This document shows positions 17,968-27,249 of a stretch of DNA of 33,888 nucleotides, one piece after another. The translations under genes were made by a program, and so were the position numbers. The notes under the pieces are model-generated. The model saw only the letters and a program-made list of their open reading frames with translations. It was not told where the DNA came from and did no database searches. The number at the start of each line of letters is the position of its first letter. The first letter of the stretch is position 1. This DNA is from a virus (Duplodnaviria > Heunggongvirae > Uroviricota > Caudoviricetes): positions 1-33,888 of IMG/VR virus record IMGVR_UViG_2718218355_000003; one strand, written 5' to 3'.

Positions 17968-18287
17968 TCGTCCTTCTCCTTCACCCTGCGATTAAAGGCC
18001 GCAATAACCTTGTCGCGTGCTTTCTCTGCGCCCATAAAACCGATTGATGCGCCGATAAACGTCACGGCATCTTCAGGAAACCCGAAGAAGCGCAACGACC
18101 CGGCCACGGCCATGGCAAGAACGCCGCACGCCAGCGATCCCGTTACGGTCTGAACCAGTGTTCGTCCGTCATAAAGACTCATCAGCGCGGAAATGCTGAC
18201 TGCCGCGCCTACTGCATACACCGTTGGCAGGTGGTCAAAGAGCCACGCAATAACCTGCTCTGTGATCCCTGTTTGAATGGTGCTCAC
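17964..18287 (-). CDS. holin (predicted)
   Basis: ~107 aa with three hydrophobic segments, immediately upstream of the endolysin. GTG start preceded by GGGGGGAG; stop overlaps the endolysin start. Confidence 0.55.
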   Translation of the reverse strand: MSTIQTGITEQVIAWLFDHLPTVYAVGAAVSISALMSLYDGRTLVQTVTGSLACGVLAMAVAGSLRFFGFPEDAVTFIGASIGFMGAEKARDKVIAAFNRRVKEKDE

Positions 18288-18289
18288 TG

Positions 18290-18490
18290 CTACTCCCCCC
18301 ACAACTGAATCATTTCTCGTTTCTTCTTCTCCGGCTCCGGCATCTCCACGTCCTGCCCGGCGTCCAGAAATACCTGCTGACAGAGTCCGGGGTTGGCATC
18401 CAGCACCTTTTCGGTGACGCCCTGCGTCGTGCCGTAGTACCGGAAACAGAGCGAATCCACGGTGTCGCCTTCCAGTGCCTTCACTTTCAT
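18290..18490 (-). CDS. X: tail protein X
   Basis: MKVKALEGDTVDSLCFRYYG...NPGL resembles P2 gpX (MKTFALQGDTLDAICVRYYG...); ATG overlaps the L stop. Confidence 0.85.
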   Translation of the reverse strand: MKVKALEGDTVDSLCFRYYGTTQGVTEKVLDANPGLCQQVFLDAGQDVEMPEPEKKKREMIQLWGE

Positions 18491-18984
18491 CAGCACAGCT
18501 CCGCAAAAATTCGCGGGCGGCGCAGAATGTCAGAGATGGCCCAGCTCACATCGCGCCACAAATCCGATGTCTGTATATCCAGTGCGTCCGCCCGGCGGTC
18601 GCCCTTATCCGTTGTGTCCGCATCGCGGTAACGCTCCAGAATCAGGGCGCGTGTGGCGGTATAAACGGCATTGCGCCAGTGCCAGAGATTGACGCTTTCT
18701 CCGTTAATTATGGGTGCCGGAACATCGGCCAGCGTCTGATGGCCAGCCGCCTGCTGTTCCTGCTGCCACGCTTCCAGCTCGCGGGTAACGTGTGCCACGG
18801 CCCCGGTGGCGGTATGCAGCAGGCGGGAGGTGGTCACACGGCCCGGCAGTCGTATCGCCAGACGCAGCTCACGCAGCACAATATCCGGCCAGAATGCGCC
18901 CGCTGAAATACGGGTATCACCATCATCGGTATCGGTGATGTCGTCCTCTGCGGGGCCGGGGTTGGTTCTGGCAACCATACTCAT
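18490..18984 (-). CDS. L: capsid completion protein L
   Basis: C-terminal ...DLWRDVSWAI... as in P2 gpL. Start at the ATG with AGGAG RBS; the track ORF starts at a GTG at 18993. Confidence 0.85.
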   Translation of the reverse strand: MSMVARTNPGPAEDDITDTDDGDTRISAGAFWPDIVLRELRLAIRLPGRVTTSRLLHTATGAVAHVTRELEAWQQEQQAAGHQTLADVPAPIINGESVNLWHWRNAVYTATRALILERYRDADTTDKGDRRADALDIQTSDLWRDVSWAISDILRRPRIFAELC

Positions 18985-19085
18985 GGGGTTCACTCCTGAA
19001 AAAATCGGGCGGTGGGTGCGCGGTGTAAACGGTCACGGAGTCAAACCGGAACACCGCGCACGCCGCCCGCTGACGGGGTCAGTCG

Positions 19086-19886
19086 TTAACCGCGCTTCGC
19101 CTTCTGCGTCGCGGTGGTTTTTCGTGTTGCAGGCTTCCGCGTTGTCTTTTTACTTTTGCTGCTTTCGTCCTGCGCCTGCGGTGTGCTGGCATCTTCTGGT
19201 GCGGCTGCGGAATCGGCTTTTTTCAGGGCGCGGGAAAGGGTTGCAATCTCGCGTTTCACACCTGCGTTCGGGTTCAGGTGCATCGCTTCGCGCAGCAGCT
19301 TCAGTGATGAGGCCATGCTGTCCGCATCGGTCAGGCCACGACGGGCAAAGGCGCACGCCTTGCATAATTTGGCGCGCACTTCGTCCGGCATGTCCTGGTC
19401 GGTGACAATCTCCCGGAGGGTGTCCAGTGGTTCGATAAAGGCGGACAAATCCGCGTCGGCATCCGTCCCGGCCTGCGTCAGTACCGGATTACAGATTTCT
19501 TCGGTCAGTACCGTGGCGGCAGTACGTCCAAAGTTATCCGGCATGATGAGGTTGTGACGGACCACATACGTACCAATACGCAGCGCCAGCGGAAGATCGC
19601 CGCAGTCAATTGCCCACACCATCAGCGTGGCAATCACTTCATCCTGCTGCCCGCCGTCAGCCTCCAGCGTTCCCTCAATCCAGCCGGAAAAGTCCGGCAA
19701 CAACTCTTTTTTGATGGCGGCTTTCGCGCTTCTGGCCTGTACGCCCTTAAGCCGGGCCTGTGCCAGACGCAGACGATACAGCACCTCTTCATGCGCGGTA
19801 CGCGCGGCGTGGTCCACGCCTTCATTCGCCCGGCCTGCGCGCTGTGCCATCACGTTCTGCCAGTGTTGCTGTGCAGGAGTAATCAT
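19086..19886 (-). CDS. M: terminase small (endonuclease) subunit M
   Basis: MITPAQQHW... and DMPDEVRAKL motifs match P2 gpM; basic Lys/Arg/Thr-rich C-terminus. Confidence 0.88.
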   Translation of the reverse strand: MITPAQQHWQNVMAQRAGRANEGVDHAARTAHEEVLYRLRLAQARLKGVQARSAKAAIKKELLPDFSGWIEGTLEADGGQQDEVIATLMVWAIDCGDLPLALRIGTYVVRHNLIMPDNFGRTAATVLTEEICNPVLTQAGTDADADLSAFIEPLDTLREIVTDQDMPDEVRAKLCKACAFARRGLTDADSMASSLKLLREAMHLNPNAGVKREIATLSRALKKADSAAAPEDASTPQAQDESSKSKKTTRKPATRKTTATQKAKRG

Positions 19887-19931
19887 TTTTTCTCTCCGTT
19901 ACAGGCGGGCATGATTCCCGCCGTGAGTTGA

Positions 19932-20984
19932 TTAGCTGTCGGCGAACTTCAGGCCAGTGACCATCGCGCACTTGCCATAGTCTTCAACGACATAAGCGTC
20001 ATTGATGGACTGGTAGGTGGCGATGCGGTTGTATTCCGGTTCGTCTTTCATCAGACGACGCATTGAACCTTTCTGCCAGTAAATCGACAGGTTGTTGAAC
20101 GAGGTGATCAGCATCGTTGCATCCGGGAAGAATGGCGCAAGGAACACGCCCAGCCCGCCAATGGTGCGCGATGACAGGATGAGCTGCCCGGCAAGTAATT
20201 CCGCATTGGGATTCTGGCCGCTGATGCTGTTCAGCACGGGCAGACGCAGCGAGTTAAACAGATTGCGCCCCATAATCACCACGAGGTCGTCAGCTTCCTT
20301 GTGCCATTCATCCAGCAGGGATGAACGCGCGTCCTGTACCAGTGCATCAGCGTTCGCATACTTACCCGCGTGCGCCACGGTGTTGTCCATGTTGCGGGAG
20401 GTCAGCGTCACGTCATTCATAACGCGTTCGCTGGCGTCGGTTCTGATGTGCTCCAGCCATCCCACGTTAACGTCCTGAAGCAGCTTGTTGGTGCTGAAGT
20501 TGGACTCATCCGCGTGAGACGTGCCGTTGAAACCGATCATGATGCGGTCAAGCGCCACCTGTCGGGCAATCTGTGCGCTGATGCGGGACTGAAAATCAGG
20601 GTGTGCCGACCAGGCATCAAGCTGCGGATACGAAATAAACGTGTCGTAGTTCACCTGTTCGCACTGGTATTTGCGGTTTTTCAGATCAACCACGTTATTC
20701 GGGTTACGGCGTTTTGTTCCGTCATAACTGGTATTCGTGCGCGCAATCGGTCCTGTGGTATCCAGGAGGATTTTTTCGCCTTTCTGGTCGGTCACGCCGA
20801 TCACGTTAATTCTTTTTGTAAATTCGGTGCTTTCCTTTGAGGCGTTTTCAAAACGCTGCTGTACCGAGGGTTCCACGGTAAATCGCGATACCAGTGCGGA
20901 AACCGGGATATTGTTAAGCGACGCCTGCTGCGCCATATAGCAACCCAGCTTGTTGCGGGTAATATCTGACATCACCAGATTCAT
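19932..20984 (-). CDS. N: major capsid protein N
   Basis: FTVEPSV, GEKI, MLITSFNNLSIY and YVVEDY motifs in common with P2 gpN; AAGGAG RBS. Confidence 0.9.
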   Translation of the reverse strand: MNLVMSDITRNKLGCYMAQQASLNNIPVSALVSRFTVEPSVQQRFENASKESTEFTKRINVIGVTDQKGEKILLDTTGPIARTNTSYDGTKRRNPNNVVDLKNRKYQCEQVNYDTFISYPQLDAWSAHPDFQSRISAQIARQVALDRIMIGFNGTSHADESNFSTNKLLQDVNVGWLEHIRTDASERVMNDVTLTSRNMDNTVAHAGKYANADALVQDARSSLLDEWHKEADDLVVIMGRNLFNSLRLPVLNSISGQNPNAELLAGQLILSSRTIGGLGVFLAPFFPDATMLITSFNNLSIYWQKGSMRRLMKDEPEYNRIATYQSINDAYVVEDYGKCAMVTGLKFADS

Positions 20985-21007
20985 AAAAAATTTGCTCCTT
21001 TGTCTTA

Positions 21008-21844
21008 TCAGAAGTCAGCCAGCTGGTCGGAGGCTGCGCCCGTTGCGGTGAACCGGTTCTGCGGATCGCCGTCCTGCGTGCGCAGTTTTTCCTTCAGTGC
21101 TGCCAGCTCTGTGGTCAGTGAAGTGATTTTCTGGCTGTCCTGCTGATGGCGGGTTTCCAGTGCATTAAAACGGTCGATAATGTCGGCCTGTGACGTTGCG
21201 ACGCCTTCCACCGCTTCCTGAATGCGGGAGAAACTGGCGTCATCCGCTTTGCGGCCACGGCCAATAATCCCCATTACGCGGTTAAACCACTGGGTGCCTT
21301 CTTCCTGGCGTTGTTCTGCCATTTCGATGATTTCAGACTCGATGGCTTCGGAGATAAGCGGTGCTTCACCCTGGACACTGTTGAACGTCATCACCGCCTG
21401 ACGTTGCTGTGCCGTGAATTTCAGGCGCTCAGTGCCCAGGCTTGCCGGGGTGTCGGTCATCGCCAGCCCGACCAGATAGGCGCGCCCGTTAACGGAGAAC
21501 TGCGGGTGCAGTTCGATACTGGAATAGATTTTCTTGCCGTCAGCGACAAGCTGCTTCATGCGCTCGGTCGGTTCGATTTCTGCATACAGCGCAGTACGTC
21601 CGGCCAGCGGGCCTTCCGTAATATCTTCCGTACTCAGCGCGGTGACATCGCCCATTGCGGAAAATTCGCTTGACGGGCATGGCGAGAGATAGTGCTCAAC
21701 GTTCACGCGGGCAGCGTAAACATCCGGGTTGAAGTTCTCGGCGGCTTCACGCAGATGTACCGGACTGATTTCGCGGCCATCAACAGTTGATCCGGAGACA
21801 GCCACGCGAAACTTTTTGCGGGATGTCTTTTTTTCATTAGCCAT
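21008..21844 (-). CDS. O: capsid scaffolding protein O
   Basis: MANEKKTSRKKFRVAVSGSTVDGREIS resembles the P2 gpO N-terminus (MAKKVSKFFRIGVEGDT...). Start set at this ATG, 11 codons inside the track ORF. Confidence 0.88.
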   Translation of the reverse strand: MANEKKTSRKKFRVAVSGSTVDGREISPVHLREAAENFNPDVYAARVNVEHYLSPCPSSEFSAMGDVTALSTEDITEGPLAGRTALYAEIEPTERMKQLVADGKKIYSSIELHPQFSVNGRAYLVGLAMTDTPASLGTERLKFTAQQRQAVMTFNSVQGEAPLISEAIESEIIEMAEQRQEEGTQWFNRVMGIIGRGRKADDASFSRIQEAVEGVATSQADIIDRFNALETRHQQDSQKITSLTTELAALKEKLRTQDGDPQNRFTATGAASDQLADF

Positions 21845-21998
21845 AGTTTTTGCCCCTCTGACTGGTTCTTCAGTCATGATGGCAAAGCGTAACAGGCTGA
21901 TACAAAGGGCTTTTGTTGTAAGAAAACGGCCAGAACAGGGGGTTAAGGAGAACGGTTTCGCGCGCGGGTAATCTTCCTGTAATTACTCAGGGGGAGCA
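21845..21998. promoter_or_regulatory. divergent late promoter region between O and P
   Basis: Intergenic gap between divergent head operon (O-N-M-L, minus) and packaging operon (P-Q, plus), the position of PO/PP in P2. Specific activator sites not confidently identified. Confidence 0.35.
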
Positions 21999-23750
21999 AT
22001 GATTCAGGACGCTTTTGTGCGCCAGCGTGCGCGGCAACTTTACTGGCAGGGTTATCCGCCCGCAGAAATATCACGTCTGATGGGAATAAACCCGAACACG
22101 ATTTATGCGTGGAAAAAACGCGACCAGTGGGATGAAACGCCACCCGTGCAGCGTGTCACGCAGTCCATTGATGCGCGCCTCATCCAGCTTACTGAAAAAC
22201 AGAATAAAACAGGCGGTGACTTTAAGGAAATAGACCTGCTGACCCGGCAGCTTAAAAAGCTGCATGATGGCCAGCCGGATGTGATGGCCGCAGGAAAGAA
22301 AGGCCGGGCGAAAAAACTCAAAAATCATTTCACGCCGGAACAGATTGCCGCACTGCGGGAAAAAATCATCAGCAGGCTGGAGTGGCATCAGCGGGGCTGG
22401 TTTGACTCCCTGACCCTTTGCAGGGAAGCCGGGATACGTAACAGGATGATCCTGAAATCCCGACAGATTGGGGCGACCTGGTATTTTGCACAGGAAGCGC
22501 TGCTGATGGCGCTGCGTGACGATGTGGCGCAACCTTACCAGCGTAACCAGATTTTTTTGTCTGCGTCGCGTCGTCAGGCGTTCCAGTTTAAAAGCATTAT
22601 TCAGAAGGCCGCGGCTGAAGTTGATGTGGAGCTGAAAGGGGGCGATAAAATCATCCTCTCCAACGGCGCAGAGCTGCATTTTCTCGGCACTTCTGCTGCG
22701 TCGGCACAGTCCTATACGGGCAATTTTTATTTTGATGAATTTTTCTGGGTCAGTCGCTTTGCTGAACTGCGCAAGGTGGCTGGCGCTATGGCAACCCTCA
22801 GCGGACTGCGGCGCACCTACTTCTCCACGCCATCCACCGAAACGCACGAGGCATACGCCTACTGGAACGGCGACCGCTGGAACGAGAAAAAGGCCTCGCA
22901 TAAACGCCAGCGTTTTTCTGTGGACTGGAAAACGCTGCATAACGGACTTATCTGCCCTGACCGGACATGGCGGCAGATTGTCACGCTGGAAGATGTGGTT
23001 AATCACGGCTGGAAACACACCGATATTGACGAAATCCGCGATGAAAACACCGAAGACGAGTTCCTCAATCTCTACATGTGTGAGTTTGTCCGCGAAGGGG
23101 AATCGGCATTTAACCTGAATATCCTGATTGGCTGCGGCGTTGACGGATACGACGACTGGAAAGACTGGAAACCTTTTGCTCCCCGCCCGATGGGAAATCG
23201 TCCGGTATGGATTGGGTATGACGCAAACGGCAGCAGTGGCAACGGCGACAGCGGCGCGGTGTCCGTGGTGGTTCCTCCGGCTGTTCCTGGTGGCCGTTTT
23301 CGAACGGTGGAGACGCGACGCGTTCAGGGGCTGGAGTTTGAAGAACAGGCCAGAGTCATTGAAGAGTTCACGTGTCGCTACAACGTGGAACACATCGGCA
23401 TTGATGTGACGGGCGGGAACGGGGAGGCTGTTTATCAGATAGTGAAACGGTTTTTCCCTGCTGCTATTCCGTACACCTTCACGCTGTCATCAAAACGGTC
23501 GCTGGTACTGAAAATGCTGCAAATAATGCGTGCCGGGCGGTGGGAATACGATCGCGCCGAACGCGAACTGGTCGCGGCCTTTAACGCCGTGCGTAAGGTG
23601 AAAACACCGGGCGGCTTTATCACTTACGAAACGGACCGCGCGAGGGGGATCAGCCACGGCGACCTTGCGTGGGCGACCATGCTTGCTGTCATTAACGAAC
23701 CGATTGGCGGCGAAGGAGAAAACGAGCATTTCACGGTTATGGAGTTCTGA
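21999..23750 (+). CDS. P: terminase large (ATPase) subunit P
   Basis: 583-aa ORF immediately upstream of and coupled to the portal gene; size and position match P2 gpP. Confidence 0.88.
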   Translation: MIQDAFVRQRARQLYWQGYPPAEISRLMGINPNTIYAWKKRDQWDETPPVQRVTQSIDARLIQLTEKQNKTGGDFKEIDLLTRQLKKLHDGQPDVMAAGKKGRAKKLKNHFTPEQIAALREKIISRLEWHQRGWFDSLTLCREAGIRNRMILKSRQIGATWYFAQEALLMALRDDVAQPYQRNQIFLSASRRQAFQFKSIIQKAAAEVDVELKGGDKIILSNGAELHFLGTSAASAQSYTGNFYFDEFFWVSRFAELRKVAGAMATLSGLRRTYFSTPSTETHEAYAYWNGDRWNEKKASHKRQRFSVDWKTLHNGLICPDRTWRQIVTLEDVVNHGWKHTDIDEIRDENTEDEFLNLYMCEFVREGESAFNLNILIGCGVDGYDDWKDWKPFAPRPMGNRPVWIGYDANGSSGNGDSGAVSVVVPPAVPGGRFRTVETRRVQGLEFEEQARVIEEFTCRYNVEHIGIDVTGGNGEAVYQIVKRFFPAAIPYTFTLSSKRSLVLKMLQIMRAGRWEYDRAERELVAAFNAVRKVKTPGGFITYETDRARGISHGDLAWATMLAVINEPIGGEGENEHFTVMEF

Positions 23751-24796
23751 TGAGCAGAAAAAATAAAAAAGTGCGCATGAGTTCACGCATTGATCTCGCT
23801 GATGCGCTCAGGAAAGAATCATCGCTCAGTGCATTCACATTTGATGGTCCTTATCGCCTGACCGGGCATGACCTGCTGGACAATATGTACTGTGCTGATA
23901 ACGGGTGGTGGTATGAAACCCCGGTGGACTGGTACGGTCTGGCAAGAGCTGCCCGGCAAACGTCCTGGCATCAGTCTGCGCTTTACTTTAAGCGCAATGT
24001 ATTGCTCGGTTGCTATATTCCGCACCCGCTGCTTTCCCGGCAGGATTTCTCGGCGCTGGCGCTGGACTGGTTTGTGTTCGGTAACGCGTTCCTTGAGCTT
24101 CGAAGCAATATGCTCGGTGAACCGCTTAAATTACGGCACGCCCTGGCGAAATACATGCGACGCGGAAGCGATCTTGAATCATGGTGGTATGTGCAGGATG
24201 GCAAGGACGCGTTCCAGTTTCGCCCTGGCAAAGTGTGCCACCTGATGAATCCGGATATTAACCAGGAAATCTACGGCATGCCGGAATATCTTGGCGCATT
24301 ACTCTCGGCCAGCCTGTCTCATTCGGCGGACATGTTCAGAAAACTGTATTACGACAACGGATCCCACGCCGGGTGCATCATCTACATCGGTGCAGCGCAG
24401 GTAAACCGCGAAAGCATGGACTCCCTGAAAGAAACGCTACAGGGGGCACGTGGTGGTGGTGCGTTTAAAAACGTGCTCATTCATGCGCCCAACGGGGGCA
24501 AAGAGGGGGTGCAAATTTTGCCGTTCCAGCAGATCACCGCAAAGGATGAGTTCATGAATGTTAAGGCGGCATCCCGTGATGATGTGCTGGCTGCGCACCG
24601 CGTTCCGCCGCAACTGATGGGGGCAATGCCGGGCGAAAAAAGTGCGTTTGGTGATGTGGAGAAGGCCGCGCGGGTTTACGCAATTAACGAGCTGATGCCC
24701 GTCATGGAGGCCATGAAGCACATCAATGACTGGCTTGGCGAAGAGGTGATCCGCTTTAACCCTTACGCACTGTTAGACACCCAGCCCACATCCTGA
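23750..24796 (+). CDS. Q: portal protein Q
   Basis: 348 aa, MSRKNKKV...; ATG overlaps the P stop; last gene before the presumed cos region, as in P2. Confidence 0.88.
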   Translation: MSRKNKKVRMSSRIDLADALRKESSLSAFTFDGPYRLTGHDLLDNMYCADNGWWYETPVDWYGLARAARQTSWHQSALYFKRNVLLGCYIPHPLLSRQDFSALALDWFVFGNAFLELRSNMLGEPLKLRHALAKYMRRGSDLESWWYVQDGKDAFQFRPGKVCHLMNPDINQEIYGMPEYLGALLSASLSHSADMFRKLYYDNGSHAGCIIYIGAAQVNRESMDSLKETLQGARGGGAFKNVLIHAPNGGKEGVQILPFQQITAKDEFMNVKAASRDDVLAAHRVPPQLMGAMPGEKSAFGDVEKAARVYAINELMPVMEAMKHINDWLGEEVIRFNPYALLDTQPTS

Positions 24797-24823
24797 CGCG
24801 CTTCGCTTGTCTGCTGCTTCGCC

Positions 24824-24846
24824 GGGGCATAAAAAATTTATGCCCC
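24824..24846. other. perfect 10-bp-arm palindrome just after the portal gene (cos-proximal)
   Basis: GGGGCATAAA-AAA-TTTATGCCCC; no U-tract follows, so it is not a typical intrinsic terminator. Confidence 0.4.
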
Positions 24847-25220
24847 GACTCTCCAGCTCCTGTATCAATCAGATAATTTCACGACGCTTTCCTGCTGATT
24901 GCCATCATCGACAGTCAGACTCTTACGCAATCCCACCGCGTTGACTGCATGTTCTCGCCGTCTCAGTGCGATTTTGACGGCCTTACCTTTCACCCCATCA
25001 AATCAAAAGCTCTCACGTCTTTTTCATGCTCAGCGTGAGAAATATGGCCATTCTGTTGTGTCGCTGCGACATCGTTCAGGGAATGCTATTTACCCCCTGA
25101 AACGCGGGCTGTTCCCCCGTCACCTGCGCGCAGAAAAAGCGCGTTTTTTTGTGCACGCACGGATCCTTGACGGATCCAGCCGCCATGCGGGCCGGAAGGG
25201 TAAAAAGTCGTTCAAAAAAA

Positions 25221-25250
25221 TTGTGCAAATTTGTGCACTATTGTGCAGAA
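25221..25250. repeat. three TTGTGCA iterons phased at exactly 10 bp (a fourth copy near 25149)
   Basis: TTGTGCAAAT TTGTGCACTA TTGTGCAGAA in the non-coding cos-proximal region, with palindromes GGATCCTTGACGGATCC (about 25161-25177) and GGGCGAT...ATCGCCC nearby. Confidence 0.5.
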
Positions 25251-25286
25251 GGGCGATGCGCGATTATCGCCCTGGTTTGAGGGGGA

Positions 25287-25877
25287 TCAGGTGTTATTTT
25301 TATCTGTCGTCAGTGGGCTAAACCATCCACGATTCACATCGCAGGACTGATGCGTTCTGTCCTCGTGTTTCTCCTGCCACAATGCTTTTCCGCCAGCCTT
25401 TATGATGGCTCTTTCAACATCCCGCTCGTATCGCAAGGGCTGAAATACGTCATTAATGAAATATTCGCTTATGTCCGGAAGCGATACTGCAAAATTATTT
25501 GTTTGTTGCGCCGTCCTGCTATGCAGCCAAGCGGCATACTTTAATGCGTCCTGTGCTTTCTGGAATTTAAGTGCATAGTCAGTGGCGATTTTTTCCAGTT
25601 CAGCGATTCGGTTGTCTTTGGTTTCCAGCCAATCAAGTAGCGCCAATACTTCAGGATCCCCGACATCCAACACTGTTACGCGTGATTTTTCATAATGTTC
25701 GTCAGCAAGAGTTCGGCCAATTTTGAAATCTCCATCATCACCATAACCGGAGCAGGCATAAACAACCTGTGCTCCAGATATTCGCTGAATTGACATTTCC
25801 TCGCCGCAAATAGGGCATTTCGGTACTGGCACAGGTGAATAACGTTCACGTAATGCCTGATAGTTGATTTCGCTCAT
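25287..25877 (-). CDS. hypothetical protein with N-terminal Cys-rich (zinc-ribbon-like) motif, 196 aa
   Basis: ATG with AAGGAGAA RBS; CPICGEEM...YACSGYG motif; no confident family assignment. Third gene of the accessory block downstream of A. Confidence 0.6.
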   Translation of the reverse strand: MSEINYQALRERYSPVPVPKCPICGEEMSIQRISGAQVVYACSGYGDDGDFKIGRTLADEHYEKSRVTVLDVGDPEVLALLDWLETKDNRIAELEKIATDYALKFQKAQDALKYAAWLHSRTAQQTNNFAVSLPDISEYFINDVFQPLRYERDVERAIIKAGGKALWQEKHEDRTHQSCDVNRGWFSPLTTDKNNT

Positions 25878-25940
25878 TAAGTCGTTCTCCTTGTTTATGT
25901 TCTGAGGTGGAGAGCAGGGCGAACTCGCCCTGATGTTGTG

Positions 25941-26252
25941 TTATTCAGGAAATAACGCCCGGATATTTCCGGCCATCTGACTGGTTATCTGTGCGGTTGA
26001 TACTGGCTGTGATGCGGGGCGTTCTGTCCTGGTTTGTGTCACTGATAACGCTTCATCACCAGCCCATGCAGCCAGTCGATAAGCCTCTGCCGGATTCATT
26101 TTCAGAAGTGCCAGCCCGGCCAGAAAAGCCACGCGTTGGCCGCTTTTGCGGGCTTCTGGTGTAAGGCTGTCCAGCCAGGCGCATGCTTCTCCTTCGTTCT
26201 TGACGGCGGTGGGCTTCAGATAGAAACTTATCCGTCTGGTCGGAGTCGTCAT
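25941..26252 (-). CDS. parR: ParR/StbB-like partition adaptor protein
   Basis: 103 aa starting MTTPTRRISFYLKP, 4 nt downstream of parM; weak resemblance to R1 ParR; GGAG RBS. Confidence 0.55.
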   Translation of the reverse strand: MTTPTRRISFYLKPTAVKNEGEACAWLDSLTPEARKSGQRVAFLAGLALLKMNPAEAYRLAAWAGDEALSVTQTRTERPASQPVSTAQITSQMAGNIRALFPE

Positions 26253-26256
26253 TGGT

Positions 26257-27216
26257 TTACTCCTTGTCCATTGCGTACAGCCCATTAACCAGAGCAAACT
26301 GTGGCACCCCGTCCGCGATGAAAGTCGCATTAACTCCGCAGGCTTCGCGGATAGCGGGTGCCACAATCTCCGCCCCGCCACCGACAACCATCACCCGCCC
26401 GTAACCCGAAAAACCCGCCAGCGCGCGGATCACGCGTTGTTTCAGTGTTTCTTCCTTTTCACGAATAACCGCCATCAGGCTGGCGTAATGCGCGTCATTG
26501 TGGATGTGCTGGCGCAGCCAGGCTTCATCATGGCGATGTTCAATAATGGTATTGGCGATGTGGTGACTGGTGCGCATACCGTTAGTGGCCATCACCGATA
26601 GCACGGCATCGGCCATCAGTGAAACACCTACGTGTGGATCGCAAAACACCTGGCTGATACCTGCCAGTTGTCCCTGAACCTTTGCCACATCCAGCGTGGT
26701 TCCGCCCAAATCCACAATCAGCAGGGATTCAAACGGACTCATGTCAGCCAGTGCCTTAAAGCCTGCCGGAATGGATTCAGGCATAACCCGCACGTTACGG
26801 ATAGTGAATGCCTCACCGTTCTGGTACTCCACCGGGCGCATAACGTTCGCTTTTTTGCGGTTGATGTTGGTCATATCCGGCTGTGCGTTTGTGTCGAAAT
26901 ACTCGCTCAGTGGCAGGGTGACAACCACATCCACTTCCTGTGGCGTAATACCTGATTTGACCAGCGCATGATGAATGGCAATGACATTCACATCGCTGTA
27001 CTGGTATTGAGTGTCGGTCGTCTGGACAAAGCGATCGCTGACCGGATCAAAACCATAGCGTACGCCATCAAGCATGTAGTTCGCGGGCTGCGTGCCACCG
27101 AACGGCGCAGACCATTCCGACTTGAAGCTGTTCGGGCTGATGGCGTTGCGGCGTTCGCCGTTCTCAGTCCATGCCAGCTTGATGTTGGTGGAGCCGTCGT
27201 CGATACAAATTTTCAT
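26257..27216 (-). CDS. parM: ParM/StbA-like actin-type partition ATPase
   Basis: MKICIDDGSTNIKLAW...YSDVNVIAIHHAL...LIVDLGGTTLDV matches the ASKHA phosphate-1/2 motifs and overall pattern of plasmid R1 ParM. Confidence 0.8.
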   Translation of the reverse strand: MKICIDDGSTNIKLAWTENGERRNAISPNSFKSEWSAPFGGTQPANYMLDGVRYGFDPVSDRFVQTTDTQYQYSDVNVIAIHHALVKSGITPQEVDVVVTLPLSEYFDTNAQPDMTNINRKKANVMRPVEYQNGEAFTIRNVRVMPESIPAGFKALADMSPFESLLIVDLGGTTLDVAKVQGQLAGISQVFCDPHVGVSLMADAVLSVMATNGMRTSHHIANTIIEHRHDEAWLRQHIHNDAHYASLMAVIREKEETLKQRVIRALAGFSGYGRVMVVGGGAEIVAPAIREACGVNATFIADGVPQFALVNGLYAMDKE

Positions 27217-27249
27217 GTCGCTTTTCCTTATGTTGATTAATTAATCGTT

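Noticed and set aside
21845-21998. Canonical TGT-N12-ACA Ogr-dependent late promoter elements upstream of O/P, and likewise upstream of FI/D
   Set aside because: Only imperfect matches (for example TGT-N15-ACA) were seen by eye, so no specific sites are annotated.
22071-23393. 440-aa minus-strand ORF inside the terminase P gene, and similar long antisense ORFs (6845..7837 in T, 29579..30652 and 27648..28689 in A, 11936..12817 in H, 20370..20840 in N, 14023..14601 in J)
   Set aside because: Shadow ORFs on the opposite strand of well-supported phage genes; no RBS, low-complexity Arg/Ala/Pro-rich translations typical of GC-rich antisense frames.
24899-25321. 140-aa plus-strand ORF in the cos-proximal region
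   Set aside because: Overlaps palindromes and iterons, has no RBS, and runs antisense into the 196-aa gene; the region is more plausibly non-coding.
24797-25940. LexA (SOS) box upstream of the 196-aa gene, which would support a Tum-like SOS-inducible antirepressor
   Set aside because: No CTGT-N8-ACAG motif found in the region by eye; the Tum analogy remains positional only.
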